This document shows, piece by piece, positions 13,991 to 28,131 of a stretch of 64,000 bases of DNA. A program made the position numbers and the translations under genes. The stretch is from Eledone cirrhosa (taxonomy: Eukaryota). Location: contig OZ024740.1 in NCBI GenBank assembly GCA_964016885.1, forward strand, positions 385,640,001 to 385,704,000, given 5' to 3'. How positions within the stretch are numbered: the stretch's first letter is position 1; every line of letters begins with the position of its first letter. Below the pieces are notes generated by a model that saw only the letters and a list, made by a program, of their open reading frames with translations, had not been told where the DNA came from and did no database searches.

Positions 13991-14489
13991 TAATAACCTC
14001 ATTAACTCATAACATTGCTGAAATACACTACACCAAAGATATAGAGGGTCACCAACTGCCCTCTTTTGATTGTTTTCTCATCACCCAACCCTATTGTAGC
14101 CACTGCCATAGTCATGCAAATATAGACTGAATATTTGAGAAAATATATGCCCAAACTGCTATATTACACCCCATTATAATAAACTTTTGTATGTCAAAAT
14201 GCACAGTATGATCCCCATCTTGTCAGAAAGGCATAATATATCTGAAGCAAAGGGCATGTGAATTGCATCTAACTGTGTCATATGCCTGCTTGAAGTGATC
14301 TGGCCACAACAACAACTGAATCACTTAGACTACTGAGAGGAATGTGTTGAGGCTCTACAGAATATAAATTACCAGTCTTTTACTTTGTTTTGTAGTAATC
14401 CTACTGATTCAGGTCAAATATATTATACTTTTCTCACTGTTAAATGACCAGCCATACTTTATTCTCACTATGGATTCTGATTTCTGGGA

Positions 14490-15340
14490 AAGGGAAAGTC
14501 AGTGCATTACTGCTACTTTATTTTATCAACCCCGTAAGGATGAAATTAACCTTGGCTAACCTTGGCTGGATTTGAACTCACTATGTAAAGGGCCGTAACT
14601 ATATGCTGCGAAGCATACTGCCAATCCACTGCCCTTTAATAAAAATGGTTTCTCATATAGGCACAAGGCGAGCAATTTTGGGGGGAGAGAAAAGTCGATT
14701 AAAGCAACCCCAGTGCGGGTCTCGTACTTTATTTTATTGACTCAGAAAGAATAAATAGTAAAGTTGACCTCGGTGAGATTTAAAACCAGAATATAGAGGG
14801 CCATAATGAAATACTAACTTTTCTGTCTATCTATTTCTGATTTGGGCACAAGGCCAGTAATTTTAGTGGGTATATGTCAAATACATCGACCCTCCAGAAG
14901 TAATACTATTACTACTAATAATAATAATTGTTTCTACTTTAGGCACAAGGCCAGCAATTACCCAGTGCATTACTGGTACTTTATTTTATCGACCCCGTAA
15001 GGATGAAAGGCAGCGTCAACCTCGGCGGGATTTGAACTCAGATCGTAAAGGGACGTAACTATGCTGGAAAGCATAGCGTCCGACCCTCTACCGATACTGC
15101 CAATCCACTAATAATAATAATGATTTCTAGTATAGGCATAAGGCCAGTAATTTGGGGGGAGGGGAAAGCCGATTAAATCGACCCCAGTACATTACTGATG
15201 CTTTATTTTATCAACCCTTGTAGGGATGAAAGGCAAAGCTAACCTTGGCAGGATTTGAACTCAGACCGTAAAGGACCATAACTCTATGCTGCAGAGAATG
15301 GTGTCCAACTCTCTACCGATATTGCTGATCCATCACCCTA
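14490..15340 (-). mobile_element. Tandem array of about 5 Meta-type SINE copies
   Basis: Repeated TTTATCGACCCCGTAAGGATGAAAGGC...GATTTGAACTCAGA...CTGCCAATCCAC units separated by (TAA)/(TAC) tracts. Confidence 0.9.
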
Positions 15341-15839
15341 CTACTACTACTAATAGTAATATCTTCAAAAATTCCTTTTTCTGTTTAGTCTTTATTAGTT
15401 TTCTGTTAATTTTTACGAAACATAGTGCCTATGCTTATGGTTTACCATTATAAATGTTAAATGGTTACTTTGGCTGGAATCGCAAACACTCTGAAAGAAC
15501 CATGCTCTATAATGCAACATTCTCCACTGAAGCATTTATTTGTACACTCCAACCACTTTGACTTCACCCCCACCCCTCATTCATAGCTTTTGTATCTAGC
15601 GGAAATATGTTAATCTTATCTGCTTGCTAGAGTTCTTCATTTTGATAAACAATATTTTTGAATGTCAACTTAATTCTCTGCATGGCATTTCAAAATGCTC
15701 TCATCCTGGTCACCATTTATTCTGGCTATCTGATTTCTTTCAAATTGATTCCAAAGGCAACAATTCTTTTTGAGAATATTATATCTGTCAATACTACCTG
15801 GATGCTCATTATTATCACAACTTCCATTCTATCATTTAT

Positions 15840-16292
15840 CACACCCTCCTCCTCTTTCTCACCAGCTCACTTTCTTTCTTTGCATTTTTCTCTTTCTCAC
15901 CTTGCTTACACATTCTCTATCCCTTTCCCTTTCTCTTCTCTCTTACACATCCTCTCTATCACCCGTTTTTCTCTCACTCTCTTTCAACTTTATTTCCCTG
16001 CCAAATTCAGGTTCAGTTATGTTTTTTACTCCTATATTTCTTTTACCCTCACACATACCTCTCCTCCATTCCTCTCTCACAATTATCCTTTCTTCCTCTC
16101 TCTTTTCCTCTTTCTCTCTATTCCTCCCATTACCCAACATTTTCCTTCCTCTTCCTCCTCTCTCACATCTTTTCAACCCCTCTTTAGCTCCGTTTTCTCT
16201 CCATTTTATCTCCCCTTTCACTTTCTCTCTCTCTTTCTCCTCTCTTCCCTCTTGCATCCCCTCTCTTCCCTCTTGCATCCCCTCTCTCTTTC
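15840..16292. repeat. Pyrimidine-rich (CT) low-complexity tract
   Basis: Directly visible; includes a duplicated CTCTCTTCCCTCTTGCATCCC. Confidence 0.9.
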
Positions 16293-16579
16293 TAAGACAT
16301 TGACGCTGTCAACCTTTTTATCTTTACTTCATTTTCAATCTGTCTCTGAACCAATGGTTTCTGATTGAAAACCCTCCTACATATTTTTAATCAGATCTTG
16401 TATTTTTACCCAATCTCCCCACCACCATTACCAATGTACAACATATAGGGAACCATCAGTCAACTGTCTTTGATGAAACAGAAACTCTTGCTGGATAAAA
16501 ATGTGCAGTTATTTGTCAGAAATCTGACAGATGCATTGGATTGCATGTTTTAGATGCAAGTGTTTTGATGCTGCAACAG

Positions 16580-17135
16580 TCTTGTTTGCTGTTGTCATTA
16601 ATATTTTCTACAGTTGTTGCTGTTGTTATTGTATGCTGCTGCTGTTATTGTTTGCTGTTGTTGTTTGTTACTGCTGTTGTTGTTGTTATTGTTTGTTACC
16701 GTTGTTTTTGTTTACTGCTGTTGTTTTTATCTATCACTGTTGTTTGCTCCTGGTGCTTTAGTTGTTGTTGCTGCTTTTGGTGTTGCTACAGCTGTTGGTG
16801 ATTTTGTTGTTGCTGTTGCTATCAATATTTTGTTCTTGTTGTTACTGCTGTTGGTGTTTTTGTTGTTACTGCTGCTGTTGGTATTTTTGTTGTTGTAGCT
16901 GGTGTTGGTGTTTCAGTTGTTGTTGCTGCTGTTGGTATTTTTTTTTTTGTCACTGGAGTTGGTGTTTTTGTTGTTGTTACTGCTGTTGGTGTTTTTGTTG
17001 TTTTAGCCGCTGTTAGTGTTTCAGTTGTTGTTGCTGCTGTTGGTGTTTCAGTTGTTGCTGCTGCTGTTGGTGTTTCAGTTGTTGTTGGTGTTTTGGTATT
17101 GTTGCTGGTGTTGGTGTTTTATTATTGTTGCTTTT
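16580..17135. repeat. (GTT/GCT)-derived low-complexity tract with a 27-bp minisatellite (about 16835-17100)
   Basis: Units like TGTTGGTGTTTCAGTTGTTGTTGCTGC recur at 27-bp spacing. Confidence 0.85.
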
Positions 17136-20100
17136 CTTAAATGAGACTAAGGCAACTAAGACTATATTTAATAAGGTTTCCCTGGTAAATCAGAACAGAA
17201 CTTGTAAAAACTACTTGTTTCATCTGTAGACATGCAGGATCCAATGCCATACTTAATGTCTGTTGTTTTGGTTTTTTTCTCATCAAACTCAGCCGATTGC
17301 TTAAATGCAAATACATGGTGTACATTAGTGTTCCTGTATATGATACTTAACTGAGTGATGGATGGATAACTAATAAGATATGCCATGTCTGCTAATGTAC
17401 TTTTGTTTGAATGGAATTTAACCAGTGCTGTGCTATTTTTTAACAGCAATATATCATTTTCACTAAGTCTATATGAATGTTTTAACCCTTTCCCATATCT
17501 TCCTTATTTATTTCTCTCCATATAATTCTAAGTTGAAGACACAACAATGAAGCAGACACTATTGACCTACTAGAAATAGCAGCCAAATCACCTTCAGATC
17601 ATGACCTAAAAATACATGTATCAATAGATATACAAAAATAAAGGATTGGATAGTCATGACAAGAATATTTTTGATCATAGGTTTGCTTGATCAGGAATGA
17701 CCCAGGGTCTAAGCAACAACAATATTGGAAAATAGATTTGTTGCATTTGGACTTTAAACCAATGATGGTGATGATGATGGTAATAGAGTACACTAACCCT
17801 AATCAGTACTAATCTTCGAGAAAAGAAAAAAATAAATACAATTCTTATGCACTTCAGCAAAATATATAAATAACCTTTAATTTTTTTTCTTCTTTAATAT
17901 TTATAATTGAAATTCTATTCTGTTAGTGATATTCTACTGTTAAGCAAAATTACTTTAAAAAAAAAAAAAATGTTGTTGGCATCAAAATCATTATTTTTGA
18001 TGATAGAAATTATCATTTTGGAGGCAATGTGTTTTTTACAGTATGTGGAAAAGAAAAAAAAAGAGAAGAAACCTATAATTTTCTTATCACCTAAGCACAA
18101 TACAAAGCCTTTATTATTTTTATTGCTAAATTTACTATAAAAACTCTACTTTGTTAATGATACCCCACTGCTAAGCAAAAGTTAAATAACTATAGGATCA
18201 AATTTTCATTTATAGTACCATCTGTTTTATTTGTTTTTTGTTTTTTTTTAAGTAGAGGTCATTCTATCTGAAAATAAAACAAAATAAATGAAATAGATAA
18301 ATGCTACATTTGGTTGAAATGTTTGCAGAGTTGCTAGAGCATAGAATAATACTCTTTGTTGTATTTATTTCAACTTTTGTGCTCTGAGTTCAAATCCTAC
18401 CAATATTTTCATGCTTTTGGGGGTTTCATAAAATACAGTACTTGTCTAGAGCAGTCGACTGGTGGAATTGTTAAAGAGTTAGATGTGATGGCTTGCAGTA
18501 TTTGTTCTGGGTCTTTGCATTCTGAATTTGAATCCTGCTGTAGCCTACTCTCCATCACATGTTTTAACACCATCACCTGGTGTATTGGTGCCTTTAGCAG
18601 AGTCCACTCTGTTGAAGCACTCGGGTTAGGTCTCCAGTTTCAGGATACCTTCCTTTCTTACTCCCACCAGTCCCAGAAGACCTGATAAAAGCCATATGCA
18701 CAGCCATTCCTGCTCTGACTAAAAGCAGAAAAAAGAAATACCCACGATAAAAGCTGTTCTTTCAAAAATGCACATAATTTTGATATCTAGATTTAATCAG
18801 CTGCATAATTTGACATCATCTAACCAATAGAACATGATCCATGATGTATATTTACAATGAATATTACAATAACTATATCTAACATAATTAAATGTCTAAA
18901 TACGATTAGAATTTTGCAGACTATTAACCTTCTTCTTAGAGATATATTTCGATCAGTTTCATCTTCAACTGTCATCAGATTAATGAAGCATTAATTGTAC
19001 ATGTGTCAGGCTGTTGACCTTTAAAGACGAGGTTAATAGTGCAAAAAATTATAATTGTAATATGTAACCAATCTCTTTAGTATTGCTGTAGGTATGACAA
19101 CCTCTGTAGTGTTAGTGGAACAATAAAATGCTCCAAGTACACTCTGTAATGTTGTTGGTTAGCAGAGACAATGTACAATACTAGCCTTGCCAAAGACATA
19201 GTAACATCTTCAGTGCTGATGCCATGATAAAATGTATCAAGAACATCCTACAAAGTGATTGTTGTTGATGTTAGGAAGATTATCAAGACATAGATCAGAG
19301 GACTATCTAGTAAGATAGTAATGCTGAATAAAAACAAGTCATCTCACCCATGCCAACATGGAAAATGGACATAAAATGATGATGACAATGATGATTTTTT
19401 AAATAAAATTTTCTTTTCTGTAAAGAAAGCATTGACTTAAAATTCATAAATTAAGATATAGCTCTCATCATTACCTTGTACTTTGAAAGGGTCATGCTGC
19501 CAGTTAAAACACACACACTGATTAAATTTTCATTCCGGTTTTATTAATAAAATATTTAATTCATCAATATGTTGATTAATGAACTAATTCTTTAATTGTG
19601 AAAGTCTTTTCGTCACAGTCTTATTGATGACTCTTGCCATCTCTATCTCTTCTTCATCTAAATTTACTTTGGCTTTTCTCCATTTATTTTTGTGCATATG
19701 CATAGTGTGTTGTATGCATACATGTATGTGTTGTGTGCATACTCATATGTGTATCAATATTATTAACTTGTTTTCTTTTTGCTGATGCATACTTTCACTA
19801 GTTATCTCAGACACTAATATTGATACAGTATTTTAACACATAATATAGTCTTTAATTTCATCCGTTTCAGTTTTGAGCTCAAATCTCATCAAACATTTTC
19901 TTTTTTATTTCATTCTTCTTGATTCGATGGTTATGATAATATAATAATAAATTAGTAATAATAATTATTTCTATCATTGTCACCATGTCAGCAATTTTAG
20001 CCAAAGAGAAAGTCAATTATATTAACTCCAGTACTTAACTGGTATTATTTTATTGACCCCAGAGAATGGCAAAGTTGTAACTAAATGCCACAAAGCATTT

Positions 20101-20204
20101 TGTAGAGCAACGGACAAAATTTGGTTTATCTACATTCTGAGTTCAAATCCTGAAATGGTCAACTTTGCCTTTTATCCTACTTTATCTATTATAGAATAAT
20201 ATTT

Positions 20205-20410
20205 TTGTTGTTTAGCCACAGTTCACTTCTGATTGAACAGATCTATGATAAAAGCATCCAACCATGATCACCCTGCCTTGTGTTTTTAGCAGTAGTGTAT
20301 CCAGTACTACATCATTCAGCATCTTTCATCAAGATGTGTGGTTTGTGGGAAATTTGATTGCTATTTCTAGCAGCTAGAACGACTATATAAAGCCTACCTT
20401 GTTAACTCAT
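20205..20410 (+). repeat. Third interspersed repeat family, unclassified (other copies about 9220-9390 -, 17560-17720 -, 36235-36630 +, 59780-59975 +, 62945-63040 -)
   Basis: Shared TGTTGTTTAGCC...GAGCAGA..TATGAT.AAAG and ATTTGGCTGCTATTTCTAGCAG blocks. Confidence 0.7.
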
Positions 20411-21444
20411 AATGAGTACTAGGAGTAACTTGTCAGTTAAAATGAGCATATTCCTCCACTCTGAAATATTTCTTTGTGCTTGTAACAAACCAAAGAAGAC
20501 AAGGCACACATGCACATACAATTTCTGTTTACCAATTTCATTCACAAGACATTGGTTTGACTGAAACTATAGTAGAAGACATGTTATGTGTCATGCAGTT
20601 GGACAGAACCCAAGACCACATAATTGTGAAATGAAATTCTAAACCACACAGCCATGACTGCCTATGTTATTATAATAACACAATATTGTCTATTTAAACA
20701 TGATATTTAAGTATTTAAAGAAAATTCTAGAACATAACCAAGGATGTTATAATCACAGCAATGTAGCTCCCTTAGACTTTACTGTGAAATAGTTATTTGA
20801 GAATGAATTATAAATAGAATTCTTTGGATAACAAGGAAACAAGCTCAGATATCATTCAAGAAAATATTGCATTTCATTTTCTTTCCTTCAACATTCCTCA
20901 ACCAAAATAACTTTGTAAATAGCATTTCTGTTGTCCTGTTGATGAAGCCATTCTATTTGCTGCCATTTTGTTTCTAATTCTTCCTTGCACATACAACTAT
21001 TAAGTGCAACATCTCCTCAAATTGCTTCAACCTGATATTGTAAATGATCCTCATGTTCTTCGCTACCCTCCAGCTGTTTGCCCCAGAAATCTAGCCTAGT
21101 CTATTGAAATTCTCAACAATATGTTCCATTCCCCCAAAATATTAAATCCCTCATAAGACATAACCAGTCCTCTTAAACAACTAATTCAAAATATTTCTTC
21201 AATGAGGATACCACAACCTATAATAGCCTCCATCAACAGTATCAAAACACCTGGCTTGCATTGAATGTATGAACCTGTAACTCCTGATGGAGTTAACCCT
21301 AACCTATCTCTAAGTGCAATTTATCCAATATTTTCAACTATTATTTATAATGATCATCTGTTATTACAGTTATTTTCTGCATTTGGGACTCTTACATTTT
21401 CAAATTTCAAATACTTGCAACTCTTTAATAATTCCTAAAGTATA

Positions 21445-21519
21445 TATATACATACATATATATATATATACACACACACATACACACACACACACATATA
21501 TATATATATATGTGCATAT

Positions 21520-21580
<61 letters not shown>

Positions 21581-21590
21581 TATATATATG
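21445..21590. repeat. (TA)/(CA) microsatellite
   Basis: Directly visible. Confidence 0.95.
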
Positions 21591-21637
21591 GATGCTAAAT
21601 GGTGATGATGATGATAATGATATATATATATTATTAT

Positions 21638-21975
21638 GGAGGCACATGGCTTAGTGGTTAGAGCATTGGCCTTGCAATCGAAAGGTTGTGAGTTCAATTC
21701 TCAGACCAGGTGATGTGTTGTTTCCTTGAGCAAGACACTTTATTTCACGATGCTCCAGTTTACTCAGCTGTAGAAATGAGATGATAGGACTGGGGTCCAA
21801 ATCATCCCACTGCAAAAGTGAATGTGTAGGCGCCACAGAAAACAAAAGCACCCAGCACTCACTGTAAATGAGGTTGGTGTTAGGAAGGGTATCCAGCTGT
21901 AGAAATCAAGCCAGAATCAGTTCCCGTCCCACCCTTGCAAGCAGGGAAAAGCAGACGTAAAATGAAATGATGATA
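21638..21975 (+). mobile_element. CORE-type SINE with RTE-derived tail
   Basis: Same A box, B box, core and tail as 2691-3026. Confidence 0.9.
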
Positions 21976-22098
21976 TACATACACACAAATATATATACAA
22001 ATTATTCTCAGAAATGGTGCATTAACTGTTGTCTATCAAACTTGTCCCATGGACTGAGTACTCTATTACTGCAGATATAACCCACCAGTGTTCTATAT

Positions 22099-22402
22099 AT
22101 CATCATCATCATCATCATCAACGTTTAACGTCCGTGTTCCACGCTTGCATGGGTTTGGACGGGGGTAGTCCCACTTGAGGCAAGAGTGATTGTCTTGCTC
22201 GCATAGGACTGTCTGGCAGGTTTTCTACAGTTGGATGCCCTTCCTAACACCAACCACATTTACAGTGTGGGTCTGGGAGGTTTTTACCGTGTTGCCTACA
22301 CGGCCACATTACAGCGTGGACTGTGTGTTTTTTTGTCGTGACACCTACACGATCTCATTTGTTTCGGCCTCGATGGCGCGGCACCAACCTAACTTTACAT
22401 GT
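22099..22402 (-). mobile_element. RTE 3'UTR-only insertion (5'-truncated)
   Basis: The reverse complement aligns along its full length with 55503-55803. Confidence 0.88.
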
Positions 22403-22659
22403 ATATATATATATATATATCATTATCCAACCTAACTTTACATATATATATATATATATCATTATCATCATCATCACCATTTAGCATCCATTTTTCCATA
22501 CTTGCATGGCTCAGACGGGTTGTCCATGCCGGTAGGTAAGTCTGGCCAGAGTTGGCCATGCCACATCTTGTTCCAGTAAGGACTGTAAATTTGGCTGGGT
22601 ATTTTATAGCTGAAAACCCTTCCTAATATCAACCACATTTACAGTGTGGTATATATCTA

Positions 22660-22841
22660 TGATGGCTGCATACTCTGCTAAGAGTACTGCAATCGCTTTT
22701 CAGATTATAGAGCTTGGTGCACTTTTAGGCTACGGCCAACCACACAAACCTGTAACATATCCTGAACAAGCAATGCCTGTGCTTTGAAGGTTTTGCACTC
22801 GACCAATCCCGTTCTCTGAGCATCAAAATCACCACCCGAAT
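22660..22841. repeat. Unclassified short element in (TA)n, related to 28132-28468
   Basis: Shares the terminal hairpin G.TGGCTGC..ACTC......GAGTAC.GC and the internal AAGCAATGCCTGTGC..TGAAG. Confidence 0.6.
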
Positions 22842-24508
22842 CATATATATATTTCCAATCATATATATATTTCCAATGAAAAAAAGTTAGTTGATTTAGA
22901 ATTAGCTGACTTATATATAATAGATTGCAAGCACTGAACAGTATATGTTTAACCAGAGTTTTAGTATAATAATAATAAACAAAAGGCAGTTATTGTCTTT
23001 CATAGAAAGGGTCAGGGCTCGATGGCTGAGCTTTTGCCATTTCGACAGCTGAGCTTTTGCCATTTCGACAGCAGGCTCTCTACTGTTTACTCTTTACTAT
23101 CCCAAGTATTGAGTACTTTTATTTCAATGTATATGGTCATGATAACTTTGTATTCAAATGGCACATAATTTCAGGCAGTTTATAAATTACTTTCATCTTG
23201 TATTCTTTTTTGAGCAAATTCCTATAATGTTGCAATGTTGACAGTTATGTTTCTATCTCCCTAAAACTGAATTATTTTGGAATCTATATTTCTACTTAAA
23301 TATTTCCATTAATTTTGAATTCTGAAGAAAGTATACAAAACTTTAAGTACATCACTATCACTTCTAAATTTACAACCAACCTATTTCTCTGGCCTTCATT
23401 GGTTTCTGAACTCTGCTCTTGTCACACTTGATCAGCAAATATGCTGTTAAGCACAATATCATAACAATACCTAATATTTTTTAAACATGGTTTCTCATAT
23501 TTAATCTGCTACTAACTGTTTGAAGCTAACCATTGTATAAATATTTACATCTGTTTCCTTTGATCTCCCTCTCTTTATTTTGTTTCACTGTAAATGTTTG
23601 ATTTATATACCATTTAACAGTTCTGCCTATAAACTGCCATAGATCATTCCCCCATGTTCTCTTAAACCCTTTAATATTTGCAGATTTGAGTACAATGGTG
23701 CAAAGTTTTGAAATCTCATTTGCACTTGTTTTACCTGTCTATTGTTATATTTCGTTGAATATGTCACAAATTTTAAACTTTGACAATAATAGGCTAAAAG
23801 TCTTGTTTTTTTTCTTTGTAATATGACTAAGAAAACATTATTGTTATAAGCTGACATAACTGCATTGTATTTATGAAAGGAACAAGTAGTGTATAAGGAG
23901 GAGCAGTTAGGAGACAGAGATGAGTGCACATAAATTGTACTTGTCTGCTTTAACCCACATGATTTATCTGAGAGCTAATGCTTCATCACGGAGGGGAGGC
24001 TTATTTTGTTTCCATTGTTGGTTCAAAAATTAACTGATTGAGACATTATTTCCTTCAAAGTTGTTGAACAGGAACAAAAACTGTTTTAATTTATTGCTAT
24101 AAACGAATGTGTTTTACAGCACCAAACCATTGCGTCTTCTGACATGGTTATTTTGTTCATTATTATAATACATATAATTTTTTATGCTTCCACATTTTTT
24201 AATCATTATTTTCTTTTTCCTACCCCCCCCCCCCCACCAATCGCTGCCTTACCTCCCTTTACCTCCTCCTCTTACTCTGAAAGAAAAACATGATTAATGG
24301 ATAATAGCTATTTCATTAACATTGTTGTTTCTATTATCCATTGTTGTGATTTTTCAAATATTATAAAATTTAAATAAAACCCATATTTCATCTTTATTCA
24401 TTTCAAATGTTTTTACAAAGACATCTAAAGACAACCAGCAAAAGAAAGCAAAAAAAATCAACAACACTGATTAAATGTGTGTCTGCACACACATTCACAC
24501 ACACACAT

Positions 24509-24543
<35 letters not shown>

Positions 24544-25209
24544 GTATGTATATAACTTCTTTAAATTGTAGAGCTTTCTGATTCTGTTTATATTTTATGT
24601 TATATATTGCAGTTATTTGCTTTTTAAGCTCTTATTGGCTATGTAAAAAACCAAAGCAAGAACAAAAAACTATTAAATTAGATCACCTATGTGAACAAAA
24701 TAAATGAAAGACAGTTAAAACTATATAAATAAGTAAATAAATACATAAATAAAAGAAAAACTGGATAACACAAAAGAAAATTATATTAAGTGTTTTGTTA
24801 TCATGAAAGAACATCAAAAGTGTTTCTCATTTGTTTCAACCACAAAGATAGGAGAAAGTTTTGTCTGAATTCTGAGGTATACACATACATAATAAGATAA
24901 TGGGATTAATTTTCCTTTGTATATTAGTTTACTTATACCTATATTTTGTTGTTGATTTGTATCATGTTATATGAAAGATAATTTAAATTTTATAATGAAC
25001 CAATGAAAAGTACCAAGGAGAGCCTCAACTATATTTTGTTGTCATTAACTATATATAGTATTGTTATTGTAGTTTATTGCTAAAGCTTACAAACTTATCA
25101 CCTTCGTTTTCATACCCACTTGTCTATGGGTAAAAAATGATTTTTTTGAGGCACCGTTTTGCAGTCACATACCCTTCCCGATGCCAGCTCAATCTTATAA
25201 TATACATCA

Positions 25210-25465
25210 CAGACCAGGTGATGTGTTATTTCCTTGAGCAAGACACTTTATTTCACATTGCTCCAGTTTACTCAGAAATGAGATGATAGGGACTGGGGTT
25301 CATATCATTCCACTGTAAAGTGGTCGTGGAGGTGCCACGGCAAAAAAGCACCCAGCACTCACTGTAAATGAGGTTAGTGTTAGGAAGGGCATCCAGCTGT
25401 AGAAATCAAGCAGGGAAATCAAGCAGGGAAAAAGCAGACGTAAAATGAAATGATGATGATGACAT
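25210..25465 (+). mobile_element. 5'-truncated CORE-type SINE with RTE tail
   Basis: Starts at CAGACCAGGTGATGTG and matches 26522-26856. Confidence 0.85.
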
Positions 25466-25543
25466 GGATATGCAGTACCTGTTATAAAAACTGGGATACA
25501 CATAAGAATATCTGCATATATATATATCTAATATATATATAAA

Positions 25544-25574
<31 letters not shown>

Positions 25575-25683
25575 TCCCATATGAGCAAGACAAGGTCAGC
25601 CGACAGGGCACTGCTCACAACAGGACAACCCGTCTAACCCATGCTAGCGTGGAAGAATGGACGTGAAACGGTAATGATGATGA

Positions 25684-25719
<36 letters not shown>

Positions 25720-25743
25720 CATCTGTTGTGCTCATATATATAT

Positions 25744-25936
25744 ATCAAATTTGATATAGAAATGGTTTCTACAGGACTAGAACTGTTTCATTCGAAAGAA
25801 ATCATCACGATTTCCTTCAAATGAAACAGTTCTAGTTCTGTAGAAGCCATTTCTATATTAAATTTGATGTTTACATTCTACTAATTTATTGAGTAACTTA
25901 CTTACTGTAGTTACACACGATTGAACCTAGGACTCA
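25744..25936 (+). mobile_element. Fold-back element with partial hammerhead cores (Penelope pLTR-like), flanked by (TA)n
   Basis: Imperfect 125-bp palindrome 25744-25868; homologous to 45781-45952 including the downstream TATTGAGTA...CTTACTGT.GTTAC...GATTGAACC tail. Confidence 0.75.
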
Positions 25937-26448
25937 TATATATAAATATTATACAAGAATGGAGCTAAATAAGAATATGTAAGTTTTGAATGTTAACATT
26001 AATCAATTCCACCTCAGCTATCACTACATTCTTTCACTATTCTTTATTAACTTATTAATAAACTTGCACTTCAGTGTTTCAGATATTGTTATTATCATTC
26101 ATGCTGTGTGTATGTGTGATTGTGTTCTGGAATTAATTCTTTTAAGCATATGTCAACAGAACTGGTGGTGACATTGACATCTCTAATAGCAGCAAGGGGT
26201 GAAAAGAAATATTGTAAATGTGGACCACCCATTCTTTCTATTTGGAATAATTCACAGATTTCTATTTATTTAACATGAAATATGGTAATTCAGTTATTAT
26301 GTTGCAGTGTTTTTAATTCAATGCTCATGGTTTCAAACCTTGCTGCTACTGTATCTTATATTACATAAGTTAGTTGAAGTTAATCTTTGTTATGAACTCC
26401 AGGGATCCATAATGCCATTATTATGCGAATGTCATTTACTTTTCTCAA

Positions 26449-26502
26449 AGAATTTAATACTTACCCTCCATATATATATATGGAGGGTAAGTATTAAATT
26501 CT
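26449..26502. repeat. Perfect 54-bp palindrome centred on (TA)n
   Basis: AGAATTTAATACTTACCCTCCA-TATATATATA-TGGAGGGTAAGTATTAAATTCT. Confidence 0.95.
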
Positions 26503-26521
26503 GTATATATATATATAGAGA

Positions 26522-26856
26522 GAGGCACATGGCTTAGTGGTTAGAGCATTGGCCTTGTAATCGAAAGGTTGTGAGTTCAATTCTCAGACCAGGTGATGTG
26601 TTGTTTCCTTGAGCAAGACACTTTATTTCACGATGCTCCAGTTTACTCAGCTGTAGAAATGAGATGATAGGGACTGGGGTCCATATCATTCCACTGCAAA
26701 GTGGTCGTGGAGGTGCCACGGCAAAAAAGCACCCAGCACTCACTGTAAATGAGGTTAGTGTTAGGAAGGGCATCCAGCTGTAGAAATCAAGCCAAAATCA
26801 GTTCCCGTCCCACCCTTGCAACTAGGGAAAAAGCGGACGTAAAATGAAATGATGAT
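26522..26856 (+). mobile_element. CORE-type SINE with RTE-derived tail
   Basis: Near-identical to 2691-3026 and 21638-21975. Confidence 0.9.
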
Positions 26857-26872
26857 ATATATATATTGTTTT

Positions 26873-27160
26873 TAACCTGTAACTCCTGATGAAACTTTAG
26901 GGTGCTGCCATAAGATATGGCATGCCTTGAGCACTTCAAACTTGGCAGAGTACATGCCCTCACTAGGTAAGAACACAGCCAATTTCTTCCAGAGAAGGAC
27001 AAAGATAGTGTGAAAGGAAATGAGAAAGTGATGTAGATGAAGACTGTTTTTCATCCTTTTGAGATTGATTAAAAAAATACCAAAGTTGACCACAGATAGC
27101 TGGAATGAATACCACAAAGCATTCTATCTGACATTCTAATGATCCTGTCAACTCACCCCC
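26873..27160 (-). mobile_element. Meta-head SINE, CATCAGGAGTTACAGGTT-tail subfamily
   Basis: Matches 56772-57097. Confidence 0.7.
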
Positions 27161-27919
27161 TGTCCTCCATATTGAAAAACTAAAAATGACAGTGGTGCAG
27201 AAAGCTTATACAAGTTCTCATGTGGCTCACATGTGTGCCTATACATGAGGTAAGAAACTGTTCAGAACTAAGTATATTTGGTACTAAATAAGAGTCCTGG
27301 GATCCGAGATACCACTATGCTGTGTTATCAAATGACATCAAAGATTGTAAATTTTGTGAATAGGAAAGGTGTAATGTTGTATCTATGTTTCTTTGATATT
27401 TGTTATTATTGTATGTAAAAAACACTTATCTGCTCCCCAGGCCTGCAACCCTATTTCAAATTCAGCAAGAATATTGGGAATAGGAGCTGTGACATAATTT
27501 TGAAATCTTAATGGCAATGAAATAGCTAAAACTAGAAATGGTTATTAGATTGTGAGCTTGGCTTTCAGAAAATTTATTTCTACTCAGTGGCATTTATCTT
27601 ACATCGCATTTATATTTTCATTTAATGAATAATTAATATATGTTATGTATTTAATTTACTTTATGTGAATGCTGTTGAAAAAAAAGGGTGACTATTTTGA
27701 TTATCTAGACAATCTAGAATAAATTTATGCAGTCTGGCTGATGATATATTAAAAAAAAAAAGTTTGCCCTTGCATCTAATGTTTAATATTGGTGCCAAGC
27801 TTTTATTTTACTGGATGTAGTTTTCTGCACTGATATGAATAAAATAAATATCCTTATTATATAAATACTATCTTGCTTCAGTAACATTTTTTAAAATAAA
27901 GTTTATTAAAGATGTACAT

Positions 27920-28131
<212 letters not shown>

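Noticed and set aside
15658-17016. Long Leu/Ser/Phe- or Cys/Leu-rich ORFs
   Set aside because: They come from CT-rich and GTT-rich low-complexity DNA that lacks stop codons.
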